Shown: positions 10,303 to 19,305 of the stretch, piece after piece | Layout of the letters: every line of letters starts with the position of its first letter | Numbering within the stretch: the first letter of the stretch is position 1 | Assembly (NCBI GenBank): GCA_003136185.1 | Contig: PLDN01000135.1 | Coordinates: forward strand, 30,653-78,198 | Length of the DNA: 47,546 bases | Direction: 5' to 3' | Origin: Acidimicrobiaceae bacterium | Lineage (GTDB): Bacteria > Actinomycetota > Acidimicrobiia > Acidimicrobiales > Bog-793 | Program-made: the position numbers and the translations under genes | The notes under the pieces: model-generated | What the model saw: only the letters and a program-made list of their open reading frames with translations | The model's database searches: none | Told to the model about the DNA's origin: nothing

Positions 10303-11125
10303 TGGTCGCCTCTGCGCCTGCGGGCTCGGCGTCGGGCATGACCCAGCGCGGCTCGCGTTTCTCGGCGAAGGCGAGCGGGCCCTCCTTGCAGTCTGGGTGG
10401 CTCCGGTGCTCGCGCAGCACGTCGAGGCCATACTGCAGAGCCTCGCCGAGCGGCTGTTCGACCGCATTCCAGATCGTCCGCTTGGACAGCTCGATCGTGG
10501 TGGGAGAGCCCTTGGCGGCAGCGTGCGCCAGCTCGATCGCACGCGACCTCAGGTCCTCGGGCTCCACGACCTCGTCGACGAGCGAGATCCGCAGCGCGTC
10601 CTCGGCCGACAACCGTCCCGCCTTGGCGAGGACCACGAGGCGCAGGGCGTTGCCGAGTCCGATCCGCGGTATGAGGCCGATCGGCTCGAGGGCCGACACC
10701 TGGCCGACGGTTGTGTGCGTATCGAAGAACGACGCGTTCCGCGAGGCAATGACGACGTCCGCGTCCGCCACGAAGTGCAAGCCGCCCGAGACGCACAGGC
10801 CGTTGACGGCCACGATCGTCGGGAGCCACACGTCGTTCTGGAGGGGCGTCATGCGCACGCCCTCTTTGTACGTCGTGGTGTCCGAGCTTTCGCGGTGGCC
10901 CCCGCGGGCGGCGTTCTCCTTCAGGTCCATCCCGGTGTTGAACGCCCGCGTGCCCTCGCCGGTGATCACGATGGCGCGGATAGTTCGGTCCTTCTTCACC
11001 GCTTGCCAGGTCTCTGGGAGGGCGGCGTGGACCTCCTCTCCCATTGAGTTCAAGCGGTCCTCGCGGTTGAACGAGACGACCAGGATCGGTCCATCCCGCT
11101 CTACGAGCAGCTGATCGGAGGGCAT
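10295..11125 (-). CDS. Enoyl-CoA hydratase/isomerase (crotonase) family, non-canonical active site
   Basis: FNREDRLN, ITGEGTRAFNTGMDL, AVNGLCVSGG, EGPLAFAEKREPRW. Confidence 0.9.
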   Translation of the reverse strand: MPSDQLLVERDGPILVVSFNREDRLNSMGEEVHAALPETWQAVKKDRTIRAIVITGEGTRAFNTGMDLKENAARGGHRESSDTTTYKEGVRMTPLQNDVWLPTIVAVNGLCVSGGLHFVADADVVIASRNASFFDTHTTVGQVSALEPIGLIPRIGLGNALRLVVLAKAGRLSAEDALRISLVDEVVEPEDLRSRAIELAHAAAKGSPTTIELSKRTIWNAVEQPLGEALQYGLDVLREHRSHPDCKEGPLAFAEKREPRWVMPDAEPAGAEATNG

Positions 11126-11162
11126 TGCTCGGTCACTTCCTTTCGTTCGCGGTGGTGCGCCT

Positions 11163-12074
11163 TTACGCTGGCGACGACAGGGCGTCGCGCAGCGCCGTCA
11201 AGTCATCGGTGAGCCCGAGTCCGGGGATGCTGTAGGTCGTTGGGTCCTCGATCTCGTCGAAGTGGTCGCGGACGTCGTCGATGTCGAGCACGCCGTCGCT
11301 GCGTGCCCAGCCGGAGGTCATCCCGATGAACAGCCGGGCAATGCGACCGCCCCCGACGGTGTAGATGTGACCCGTGGTGACGCAGTCCTCATGACAGAGC
11401 CACGCGACGAGGGGCGAGACGAATCGCGGGTCGACGATCTCGACGAGAGGGCCGAGCACCTCCTCGGTCATCCGGGTTCGGGCAACGGGAGCGATCGCGT
11501 TCACGTGGATGTTGTGCCGAGCACCCTCGAGCGCCAGCACGTGTGTCAGCCCCACCAGTCCCATCTTGGCGGCGCCGTAGTTCGCCTGGCCGAAGTTGCC
11601 GAAGATGCCGGCGCTGGAGGACGTGTTGACGACCCGTCCGTAACCCTGCTCGCGCATGAGTACCCATGCTGGCCGGGTAACGAAGAACGCGCCCTTCAGG
11701 TGGACGTCGAGGACTGGATCGACGAACTCGGCGCTCATGTTCTGGAACGACTTGTCGCGTAGGATCCCGGCGTTGTTGACCACGATGTCGACGCGTCCGA
11801 ACGCCTCGATGGCGGTGTCGATGATCGCCTTGCCACCAGCCTCTGTCGCCACCGAGTGGGTATCGGCCACCGCCTCGCCACCACGGCGACGGATCTCGTC
11901 CACAACCTCTGCTGCCGGTCCGATGCTCGTGCCCTCGCCGTGAACGTCGCCGCCGAGATCGTTGACGACGACGCAAGCACCGAGGCTTGCCAACAGGAGG
12001 GCGTGCTCACGCCCGAGCCCGCCGCCCGAGCCGGTGACGACTGCCACGCGTCCGTCAAAGCCGGAGCTGGCCAC
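11163..12074 (-). CDS. SDR, (3R)-hydroxyacyl-CoA dehydrogenase-like (MFE-2 N-terminal type)
   Basis: TGSGGGLG, VVVNDLGG, NNAGILRDKSF, VHLKGAF, GNFGQANYGAAK. Confidence 0.9.
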   Translation of the reverse strand: MASSGFDGRVAVVTGSGGGLGREHALLLASLGACVVVNDLGGDVHGEGTSIGPAAEVVDEIRRRGGEAVADTHSVATEAGGKAIIDTAIEAFGRVDIVVNNAGILRDKSFQNMSAEFVDPVLDVHLKGAFFVTRPAWVLMREQGYGRVVNTSSSAGIFGNFGQANYGAAKMGLVGLTHVLALEGARHNIHVNAIAPVARTRMTEEVLGPLVEIVDPRFVSPLVAWLCHEDCVTTGHIYTVGGGRIARLFIGMTSGWARSDGVLDIDDVRDHFDEIEDPTTYSIPGLGLTDDLTALRDALSSPA

Positions 12075-12188
12075 TAGGAGACCGTCCGATTACGCGCGTC
12101 GACTGCAGTTGAGCCGGAAGGGCATCGCCCCAGTCCCGTGTGCTCGCAGTGAGCGCGGTCAGTCACAAGGGCACTGTACCTGTATCCA

Positions 12189-12204
12189 ACTTGACTGGAC
12201 AAGT
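12189..12204. promoter_or_regulatory. Putative GntR/HutC-type operator, copy 1
   Basis: ACTTGACTGGACAAGT, near-palindromic, in the divergent SDR/SBP intergenic region. Confidence 0.75.
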
Positions 12205-12219
12205 GGCGCCTCCGAAGAG

Positions 12220-12235
12220 ACATGACTGGACAAGT
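12220..12235. promoter_or_regulatory. Putative GntR/HutC-type operator, copy 2
   Basis: ACATGACTGGACAAGT, starting 31 bp after copy 1. Confidence 0.75.
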
Positions 12236-12312
12236 TGCGAACCCTTCATTAACATCTCGTGACCAAGCCGACCGACTGGTCAGCTCTTGGTGATACGAGG
12301 AGGAGCGCAACG

Positions 12313-13557
12313 ATGGGATCTCGCTCGCGGATGGTCGTCATCGCAACAGCCTGTACTGCCGCCTGCCTGCTGGCGAGTTGTTCCTCGAACAGCAGCAGCC
12401 CGACCACGACCGGTGCGCCCGGCGCCACGTCGACGACAGTGAGCTCGACGCCGTTCAACGTCCTTGCGGTCGTCGCCGAGACCGGCCCGCTCGCCGCTAT
12501 CAACACGGCGGAGATGCAAGGTCTGAAGGGCGCGGCCGCGTACATCAACGCGAACGGGGGCATCATCGGTCACAAGGTCGTGGTGACGGAGGTCAACGAC
12601 AACCTCGACCCGACGACAGCTGCGAGTGACCTCGAGCAGGCGATCAGCAGCGGGACGCTGCCGAACCTCGTCTTCGCCGGGTCCACGAGCAACGAGACGC
12701 TTGCCATGGTGCCGATCCTCAATGCACACAAGCTTCTCTCGATCCAGTTGACGACCTCGGCACAGACGATCGACCCGTCGAAGTACCCCGACGCCTTCAC
12801 TGTCGCCTCCTCGACGGCGAACGAGTCCGCGACACTTGCCGCGGCCGTCAAGAGCGAGTACCCGAAGGCCAAGAAGGTCGGGATTCTGATCGGCAACGAC
12901 GTCAACGGCACGAGCCTGATGGACGGTGAGAAAGCGGCGCTCGAGGCCGACGGCTTCCAAGTCGTGGTCCAGACCTACGACCCGACGACCACCATCGACA
13001 TGACGCCGCAGCTCGAGGCCCTCAAGGCCGAGAGCCCACAGGTCCTAGTCGCGAGCGGCTTCGGCGCCGTGGCCGGCTACATCCTGGAGGGCCGGACGAA
13101 GATCGGATGGAACGTCCCGGTCGTCGGAGACGCCTCCTTCAGCGCCAACCCGATCGCCTCGATGGTCCCGAAGGCCGATCTGAACGGCGTCGTCGTCGCA
13201 ACCGACAAGACGGCGATCTACCAGCCACCGTCGACCTGGACTCCGGCGTTCAAGACCTTCATCCAGTACACCAAGGCGCAGGGCGCCAAGTTCACCCAAG
13301 GAATCGGGATCTACTCGCTCGCTTGGGACGTGCTGATCCTCGCCAAGATGGCAGGCACTCAGGCGAACAGCGTCGACTCTTCGGCGATGGTGTCGGCCCT
13401 CCAGAGCCTGAAGCAGCCCGCCCAGCCGCAGTACGTCAGCTTCCCTGTCGAGGCGTACAGCCCGACACTCCACTCGACGAACCCGAGCCCGTCGCTTGCC
13501 ACAGTCGCCAGCGTCTACCTGAAGATGGGCGAGTTCATGCCCGTCGGGTCCTCGTGA
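12313..13557 (+). CDS. ABC transporter substrate-binding lipoprotein (LivJ/HAAT family)
   Basis: ATG 12313 after GAGGAGGAG; lipobox LLASC; Ser/Thr linker; TGPLA, INANGGIIGHKV, DMTPQL. Confidence 0.88.
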   Translation: MGSRSRMVVIATACTAACLLASCSSNSSSPTTTGAPGATSTTVSSTPFNVLAVVAETGPLAAINTAEMQGLKGAAAYINANGGIIGHKVVVTEVNDNLDPTTAASDLEQAISSGTLPNLVFAGSTSNETLAMVPILNAHKLLSIQLTTSAQTIDPSKYPDAFTVASSTANESATLAAAVKSEYPKAKKVGILIGNDVNGTSLMDGEKAALEADGFQVVVQTYDPTTTIDMTPQLEALKAESPQVLVASGFGAVAGYILEGRTKIGWNVPVVGDASFSANPIASMVPKADLNGVVVATDKTAIYQPPSTWTPAFKTFIQYTKAQGAKFTQGIGIYSLAWDVLILAKMAGTQANSVDSSAMVSALQSLKQPAQPQYVSFPVEAYSPTLHSTNPSPSLATVASVYLKMGEFMPVGSS

Positions 13558-13587
13558 GCGCCGGCGGTCGCACTGGCCGCCAGTACA

Positions 13588-13603
13588 ACTCATCCTGACA
13601 AGT
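13588..13603. promoter_or_regulatory. Degenerate operator upstream of gntR (possible autoregulation)
   Basis: ACTCATCCTGACAAGT just before a TAGACT -10 element that lies 7 nt ahead of the ATG. Confidence 0.5.
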
Positions 13604-13620
13604 TCGGTAGACTTCACCGC

Positions 13621-14385
13621 ATGGCGACCGGAACGATGAGGAGTTCGCGGTTGCCCCAGCCGAGATACGCCGGTGTCGAAGCGACACTGCGCCGGCGCAT
13701 CACGCGGGGCACCTACAAGAGAGGGGACTGCCTCCCGAGCGAGAAGCACCTCGCGGAGGAGTTCAACGTCAGCCGGTTCACCGTACGAGAAGCGCTGCGT
13801 CGCCTCAACGATTCAGGGCTGATCTCCCGCCAGCAGGGCGCCAGGTCGAGCGTGACCGGTACCACGCAGGAGTCGACGTACAGCCTCTCTGTTGCCGCGG
13901 CAGAGGACCTCCAGCAGTATGCATACGACACCTATCTCGACATCAGCGACATCACCAAGTTCCAGGCGAAGGCACCGCTCGCGCGGTTCCTTCGCTGTCG
14001 CGAGAAGAAGGAATGGCTGCTCGTGAGTGGGGTGCGAAAGGATGCATCGACCGGGCGGGTCGTCGAGTACACGGAGGTGTACCTGTGGGCCGAGTTCGAG
14101 CCACACATCCCTGAGATCACCGCCCGAGGCCTCCCGATCCACCGGCAGATCGAGGACAAGCTGCACCTCAGTGCGTCGAACATCCGGCAGGAGATCAGCG
14201 CCATCGCCATGCCCGAGAACGCCGCGTCCGTGCTCGGGTGCGAGCCAGGTTCTGCTGGGCTCGAGATCGTGCGGAGATACTTCGGCACGAGAGGTCGCGC
14301 CTTCGAGGTCGCGCGCAACGTGCATCCCGCCGGCGCCTTCACCTACGCACAGGACTTCCAAAGGCGCGACGTCGCGACCGAGTAG
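13621..14385 (+). CDS. GntR-family regulator, HutC subfamily (UTRA domain)
   Basis: GDCLPSEKHLAEEFNVSRFTVREAL winged HTH; C-terminal QEISA..A..LG...GSAGLEIVRRY...FEVA.NVHP. Confidence 0.93.
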   Translation: MATGTMRSSRLPQPRYAGVEATLRRRITRGTYKRGDCLPSEKHLAEEFNVSRFTVREALRRLNDSGLISRQQGARSSVTGTTQESTYSLSVAAAEDLQQYAYDTYLDISDITKFQAKAPLARFLRCREKKEWLLVSGVRKDASTGRVVEYTEVYLWAEFEPHIPEITARGLPIHRQIEDKLHLSASNIRQEISAIAMPENAASVLGCEPGSAGLEIVRRYFGTRGRAFEVARNVHPAGAFTYAQDFQRRDVATE

Positions 14386-14530
14386 TCACCCAACGATCCG
14401 GGCGGCTCTCCGGGCGTTGACGGAGCGCGAGCTCTGGTCTGCGCGGCAGGAGTGCGGGACATCAGCGTCGGTTCGCGCCGGTTCGTTCCTGGGCAACGGC
14501 CGGGGGCTCTGCCTCGAGGTCGTTGGCACA

Positions 14531-14546
14531 ACGTGACTGGACAAGT
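14531..14546. promoter_or_regulatory. Putative GntR/HutC-type operator, copy 3
   Basis: ACGTGACTGGACAAGT upstream of the permease genes. Confidence 0.75.
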
Positions 14547-14614
14547 TGTTGTCACGTAGTTAAGCTCCGCTGGTCGTTTAATCAGCTCTTGACGAGGCGA
14601 GGAGGAACCCAACG

Positions 14615-14739
14615 ATGAGATCTCACTCGCGGATGGTCGTCGTCGAAGTGGCCTGCGTCAGTCCTTTGCCGACGCTGAATCAAGCAGCGTCACAAGCCCG
14701 GTGAACGTGCGTCAGCAAGTGCCGGTCGGCTCCTCCTAA
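14615..14739 (+). pseudogene. Collapsed remnant of a second substrate-binding protein gene
   Basis: Starts MRSHSRMVVVEVAC (cf. MGSRSRMVVIATAC at 12313) with matching upstream RBS DNA; ends in another frame with VPVGSS* (cf. MPVGSS* at 13557). Confidence 0.75.
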
Positions 14740-14781
14740 CTTGGTCGGAGCAGTAGTGCGCAAGATCGCGATCGAGCTGGC

Positions 14782-15639
14782 ATGACGCTTCTGTGGTCAG
14801 CGCTCTCAGTTGGCGCCATCTATGCGCTGTTGGCGATCACCTTGAACCTCATCTACACCTCCGTAGGTGTCTTCAACTTCGCCCAGGGTGCCATCCTCAC
14901 TCTGGGGGTCTACATCTCGTATACCGGGGTGGCCGACTGGCACTTGCCAACGTGGATCGCCGCCCTCGTCGGCGGAGTCGCCTGTGCCGTGGCCGGATTG
15001 GTCGAAGCGCGCATCTGCCTGCTCCCGCGGGCGCTCGGGCGCAACGAGTTGCTCACGACCGTAGGCGTCGCCACCCTGCTCGCAGGCGGCATCAGCTTGA
15101 TCTGGGGGGAGAACGACCGACTTGTCGCCTCCCCGGTGTCGACCCGCATCCTGACCGTCTTCGGAGGGCGAGTCGCGCCCGACCAGCTGCTGCTCATCGC
15201 TCTCGCGATCGTGTTCGCGGCCGGCATCTCGCTGTGGTACCGGTTCACCCTCGCAGGGCTCGCCTCGCTCGCCGTGGCTGAGGACCGAGACGCGGCGCGC
15301 ATCCGGGGCATAAACGTCTTGAGGAAGTCGATCGCCGCCTTCGTGATCGGTGGCGCCATCGCCGGCTTCATCGGCCTCGCGGTCGGAAGCCAGACCTACG
15401 CCTACCCGGAGCTGTCGAGCTCGCTCGTGCTCTATGCGTTCGTGGCCTTCGTGCTCGGCGGTGCCGGCAGCCTCGGCGGGAGCCTGCTCGGCGGGCTCAT
15501 CCTTGGCTGTGTGCAGCAGTACTCGGCGCGATATGTCTCGGTGAACTACAGCGACCTGATTGTCTTCGGCCTACTGCTCACGACACTCATGGTGTTCCCG
15601 AACGGGTTGTTCGCCCGGACGAACGTGAGGACGGTATGA
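14782..15639 (+). CDS. Branched-chain amino acid-type ABC permease (LivH-like)
   Basis: GAIYALLA, GVFNFAQG, AVAEDRDAARIRGIN, VLGGAGSLGG; hydrophobic. Confidence 0.92.
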   Translation: MTLLWSALSVGAIYALLAITLNLIYTSVGVFNFAQGAILTLGVYISYTGVADWHLPTWIAALVGGVACAVAGLVEARICLLPRALGRNELLTTVGVATLLAGGISLIWGENDRLVASPVSTRILTVFGGRVAPDQLLLIALAIVFAAGISLWYRFTLAGLASLAVAEDRDAARIRGINVLRKSIAAFVIGGAIAGFIGLAVGSQTYAYPELSSSLVLYAFVAFVLGGAGSLGGSLLGGLILGCVQQYSARYVSVNYSDLIVFGLLLTTLMVFPNGLFARTNVRTV

Positions 15640-17534
15640 GCGTGGGAGCCTCTGGCGCAGCCAGCCCGGCGACGTCGACCGAGCTGCGCGACGTAGCCCA
15701 CCGGCTGCGCAACCGAGCGCCGGTGATCGGCCCGCTTCTCGCGCTCGCGCTCGTGTTGCTGCTGCCGGTGATCGGGCTGAACGTCTTCTGGGAGGGCCAG
15801 ATCGTCCTGATGGCCGCGTACGTCCTCGTCGTCTCAGGTGTGAACGTGACCTTTGGCTATGCCGGGGAGCTTGCTCTCGGCCAAGTGGGCGTCTTCGCCG
15901 TCGGCGCTTACGTTGGGGGGTGGCTCGCTTCGAACGGCTTCAACGACGTAGTCCTCGATGTGCTGGCGGCCGCAGCAGCCGGGGCATTCGTTGGCCTTCT
16001 GTCCGGGCTGCCCGGCCTGCGCATCGGAGGCTGGGCTCTCGCGATGACGTCGTTCTTCCTCGTCATATTGATACCTGACCTGACCCAGATCATCCCCGGC
16101 ATCGGGGGCGATGTCGGGTTGAGCGCCATCCCGGTCCCCAAGTTCTTCGGTGCGACCTTGAGCAGCGGCGAGTTCATGATCGTGGCGGTTGCCATCCTCG
16201 CCCTCTGGCTCGGGGGCTTCCGCAACTTCATCGAGTCGCGCCACGGGATCGCCTTGAAGATGCTGCGCGAGAGCCGCGACCTCACCGCCGCGGTGGGCAG
16301 CTCGGTGTACCGGATGAAGCTCGTGGCGTACGTGGGCGGCGCCATCCCGGCTGCGATGGGCGGTGCGCTGTTCGCCTGGCAGATCCAGTTCGTCGGACCT
16401 GCGACGTTCGACTTCACACTCGCCATCGCCATGATCGCGGGCTCGATAGTCGGCGGGACCGACAGCGTCTACGGTGCCGTCGCCGGCGGGGCGCTCCTCG
16501 AGTACGTCAGCTTCAAGACGGCGTCGTTCGCCCAGTACTCCGTCGTCGTCTACGGCGCGATCCTCCTGATCGGCGGCGTGCTGATAAGTGGGGGTCTCGC
16601 CTCGGTCGGCCGGAAGGTCGTGACGAAGCTGCGGATCGCCACGGACGTTCCTTCCCGCGAGTCGTCCGCAATCGAGACTGGCCTCGACTTGAGCGACGAC
16701 GGTGAACGCATCGCAGGGACCCGCCTCGAGGTCTCCGACGTCTCCAAGTCCTTCGGGGCGGTGGAGGCGCTGAAGCACGTGTCGCTCACCGCCGAGCCCG
16801 GCCAGATCACTGGCATCATCGGCCCGAACGGCTCAGGCAAGACGACACTGCTGAACGTGATCGCCGGCGTCTACCCGCCCCAGAGCGGCTCTGTGTCGGT
16901 GAACGGGCAGCTCCTGCCTTCGACGGGGCCGCAACAACACGCACGGCAAGGCATCGCCCGGACGTTCCAGTCACCGATCATCCCGCGCGGGCTTCGCGCG
17001 TGGGAGGTCGTCGCGGCGGCCCGGTATCACGAGGTCTACTGCTCGATCGGCCGCACGATACTTAGGACCCCGCGGGCGAGGCGTCTCGAACGAGACGACT
17101 ACCGTCTCGCGCTCGCCACCTTGGAGCGCGTGGGGTTGCGTCACCTGGCGAACGCTCCGGCGACGACGCTCTCCCTCGGCCACCGCAGGCTGCTCGAAGT
17201 TGGCCGGACCCTCGTGCGTCGATCTGGAGTCGTCCTGCTCGACGAAGCTGCTTCCGGGCTCGATGAGCAGGACATCGAGGTCCTCGCCGGTGTGCTCAGG
17301 CGGTTGCGGGATGCTGGTGCCACCATCGTTCTCGTGGAGCACAACTTCCCGCTCGTGGTAGAGCTGGCGGACATCATCTACGTGCTCGAGTTCGGCCAGG
17401 TCATATCCTCCGGTGTGCCGGACGTGGTGCAACATGACCCGGTCGTCATCTCGAGCTACCTCGGAGAGGCAGTCTTCACCGACGAGCCGGCGAGCGTCCC
17501 AGTGCCGATGGACCCGATCGGATCCGAGCTGTGA
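15636..17534 (+). CDS. Fused ABC permease/ATPase (LivM-LivG)
   Basis: TM part with GYAGELALGQ; Walker A GPNGSGKT; GIARTFQ; LSLGHRRLLE; LLDEAASG; VEHN. Confidence 0.92.
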   Translation: MSVGASGAASPATSTELRDVAHRLRNRAPVIGPLLALALVLLLPVIGLNVFWEGQIVLMAAYVLVVSGVNVTFGYAGELALGQVGVFAVGAYVGGWLASNGFNDVVLDVLAAAAAGAFVGLLSGLPGLRIGGWALAMTSFFLVILIPDLTQIIPGIGGDVGLSAIPVPKFFGATLSSGEFMIVAVAILALWLGGFRNFIESRHGIALKMLRESRDLTAAVGSSVYRMKLVAYVGGAIPAAMGGALFAWQIQFVGPATFDFTLAIAMIAGSIVGGTDSVYGAVAGGALLEYVSFKTASFAQYSVVVYGAILLIGGVLISGGLASVGRKVVTKLRIATDVPSRESSAIETGLDLSDDGERIAGTRLEVSDVSKSFGAVEALKHVSLTAEPGQITGIIGPNGSGKTTLLNVIAGVYPPQSGSVSVNGQLLPSTGPQQHARQGIARTFQSPIIPRGLRAWEVVAAARYHEVYCSIGRTILRTPRARRLERDDYRLALATLERVGLRHLANAPATTLSLGHRRLLEVGRTLVRRSGVVLLDEAASGLDEQDIEVLAGVLRRLRDAGATIVLVEHNFPLVVELADIIYVLEFGQVISSGVPDVVQHDPVVISSYLGEAVFTDEPASVPVPMDPIGSEL

Positions 17535-18313
17535 TGAGCGAGCCTCAAGTGGGAGACGGGGCATTTCCGGCACCCGCCCTCGTGCCAGCCCTCCGGGTCG
17601 AGTCGCTGACAGCTGGCTACGGGGATCTCATGGCTGTCCGCCAAGTCAGCTTCGAAGTGGCACCTGGCAGCCTGCTCACCGTGCTCGGGCGCAACGGAGC
17701 GGGAAAGACCAGCACGCTCCTCGCGATCACCGGCTTCATGCGCGCGCGCGAGGGTCGAGTCGTGCTCCTCGGCGAGGACGTGACGGCACAACCCGTTCAG
17801 AAGAGGATCCTCGCCGGCCTGTCCTGTGTCCAAGAGGGGCGGCGGATCTTCCGCAAGCTGACTGTGGCCGAGAACCTGCTGATCGGCACGGTCCCGCTTC
17901 GCCTCCCACGCTCCGAGCGCAACTCGCGCCTGCAGGCGACCTACGAGCGCTTCCCGCTGCTCGCCGACAAGCGCAATGAGACGGCCGACCGCCTGTCCGG
18001 AGGCCAGCAGCAAGTGCTCGCCATTGCACAGGCGCTGATGTCCTCGCCGAAGGTGCTGCTGCTCGACGAACCGTCCGCGGGCCTTGCCCCTGCCGTCCTC
18101 GACTCGGTGATGGAGACCGTCCGTCATCTGAAAGATGAGGGCCTTGCCGTCGTGCTCGTCGAGCAGCTCGTTACGAGGGCGATGCGCGAGGCGGACAACG
18201 TGGCCATTCTCGAAGGTGGTCGGATCGTCCACTACGGGCCGGCGAGCGATGCCGCCGCCCTGCAGGTCGCGCGGGAGGTCTATCTCTCCGAGCGCCCTCA
18301 AGCCCCCGTCTGA
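17534..18313 (+). CDS. ABC ATPase (LivF-like)
   Basis: GRNGAGKT, QEGRRIF, LSGGQQQ, LLLDEPSAGLAP; TGATG overlap with the upstream gene. Confidence 0.93.
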   Translation: MSEPQVGDGAFPAPALVPALRVESLTAGYGDLMAVRQVSFEVAPGSLLTVLGRNGAGKTSTLLAITGFMRAREGRVVLLGEDVTAQPVQKRILAGLSCVQEGRRIFRKLTVAENLLIGTVPLRLPRSERNSRLQATYERFPLLADKRNETADRLSGGQQQVLAIAQALMSSPKVLLLDEPSAGLAPAVLDSVMETVRHLKDEGLAVVLVEQLVTRAMREADNVAILEGGRIVHYGPASDAAALQVAREVYLSERPQAPV

Positions 18314-18329
18314 CAGCCGGCGGGCTGTC

Positions 18330-19121
18330 TCAGTGCCCGGTCCAGCGAGGCGCCCGGTGCTCGACGAATGCCCGCGGCCCCTCTCTGAAATCGGACGTGC
18401 CGGCGAGCCTCCTGAGCGCCTCGCGTCCGAGCTGCTCTGCCGCGTCGTCGTCGAGGCCGAAGCTGTCACGCAACACGTGCAGTGACTCGCGCAGCGATCC
18501 TGGAGCATTCGCGGCGATCACTCGTGCCATCTCCACGCTGGCCGGGAGTGCCTCGCCCGGCTCGGTCAGAGCGGAGACGAGGCCGAGACCGAACGCCCGC
18601 TCCGCCCCGATGGGGTCGCCCGTGAGAGCGATCTGCGCAGCCACAGAGAACCCGATGTTACGAGGCAGACGGTACAGGCCGGTCCCCGCAAGCACGCCGC
18701 GCTTCACCTCGGGAAGGCCAAAGGTCGCATCGGAAGCAGCCACGACGATGTCACAGGAGAGCACGATCTCGAACCCGCCGGCGTAAGCCGCTCCCTCGAC
18801 AGCGGCGATCACCGGCTTGTTGCGGCGGCGGCGCGTGAGGCTGGCAAAGCCATGGGCGTCGTGAAGGTGCTCGCCTGCCGGGCCGGCGCGGAGATCTGCT
18901 CCCGAGCTGAAGCACCCACCGGCGCCCGTGAGGACGCCCACCCGCAGCGACTCGTCCGCCTCCAGTCGATCGAACGCGGCTGCGAGCTGGGTGGTGACAG
19001 CCCCATTGATCGCATTGCGCTTGTGCGGGCGAGAGAGCGTGACGATCAGGACGGGCCCCTCGGAGTCGACGGTCACCTCGGGCTCGGCGGGAGAGCCGCC
19101 AGCATCCTGCCGCGTCCCCAT
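18330..19121 (-). CDS. Enoyl-CoA hydratase (canonical two-Glu crotonase)
   Basis: RPHKRNAIN, FSSGADL, AYAGGFEI, FGLPEVKRG, EGPRAFVEHRAPRW. Confidence 0.92.
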   Translation of the reverse strand: MGTRQDAGGSPAEPEVTVDSEGPVLIVTLSRPHKRNAINGAVTTQLAAAFDRLEADESLRVGVLTGAGGCFSSGADLRAGPAGEHLHDAHGFASLTRRRRNKPVIAAVEGAAYAGGFEIVLSCDIVVAASDATFGLPEVKRGVLAGTGLYRLPRNIGFSVAAQIALTGDPIGAERAFGLGLVSALTEPGEALPASVEMARVIAANAPGSLRESLHVLRDSFGLDDDAAEQLGREALRRLAGTSDFREGPRAFVEHRAPRWTGH

Positions 19122-19210
19122 GTCAGCCCGGGGTCCGTTGCGAACAGCTCTCGCGTCCGCGCTCTTCCACCAGCCGGCGCCTCATCGGTGGCGATTCTAG
19201 TTCGGTGCAA

Positions 19211-19226
19211 ACCTGACTGGACAAGT
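19211..19226. promoter_or_regulatory. Putative GntR/HutC-type operator, copy 4
   Basis: ACCTGACTGGACAAGT between the divergent crotonase and CoA-transferase genes. Confidence 0.75.
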
Positions 19227-19305
19227 ATGCTCGGACCGACCAAGCAGTGCGCATAAGTTGACGTGTCTAGTGTCAGCCATCGGGCAGACAGGAGGTGAGT
19301 TGGCG

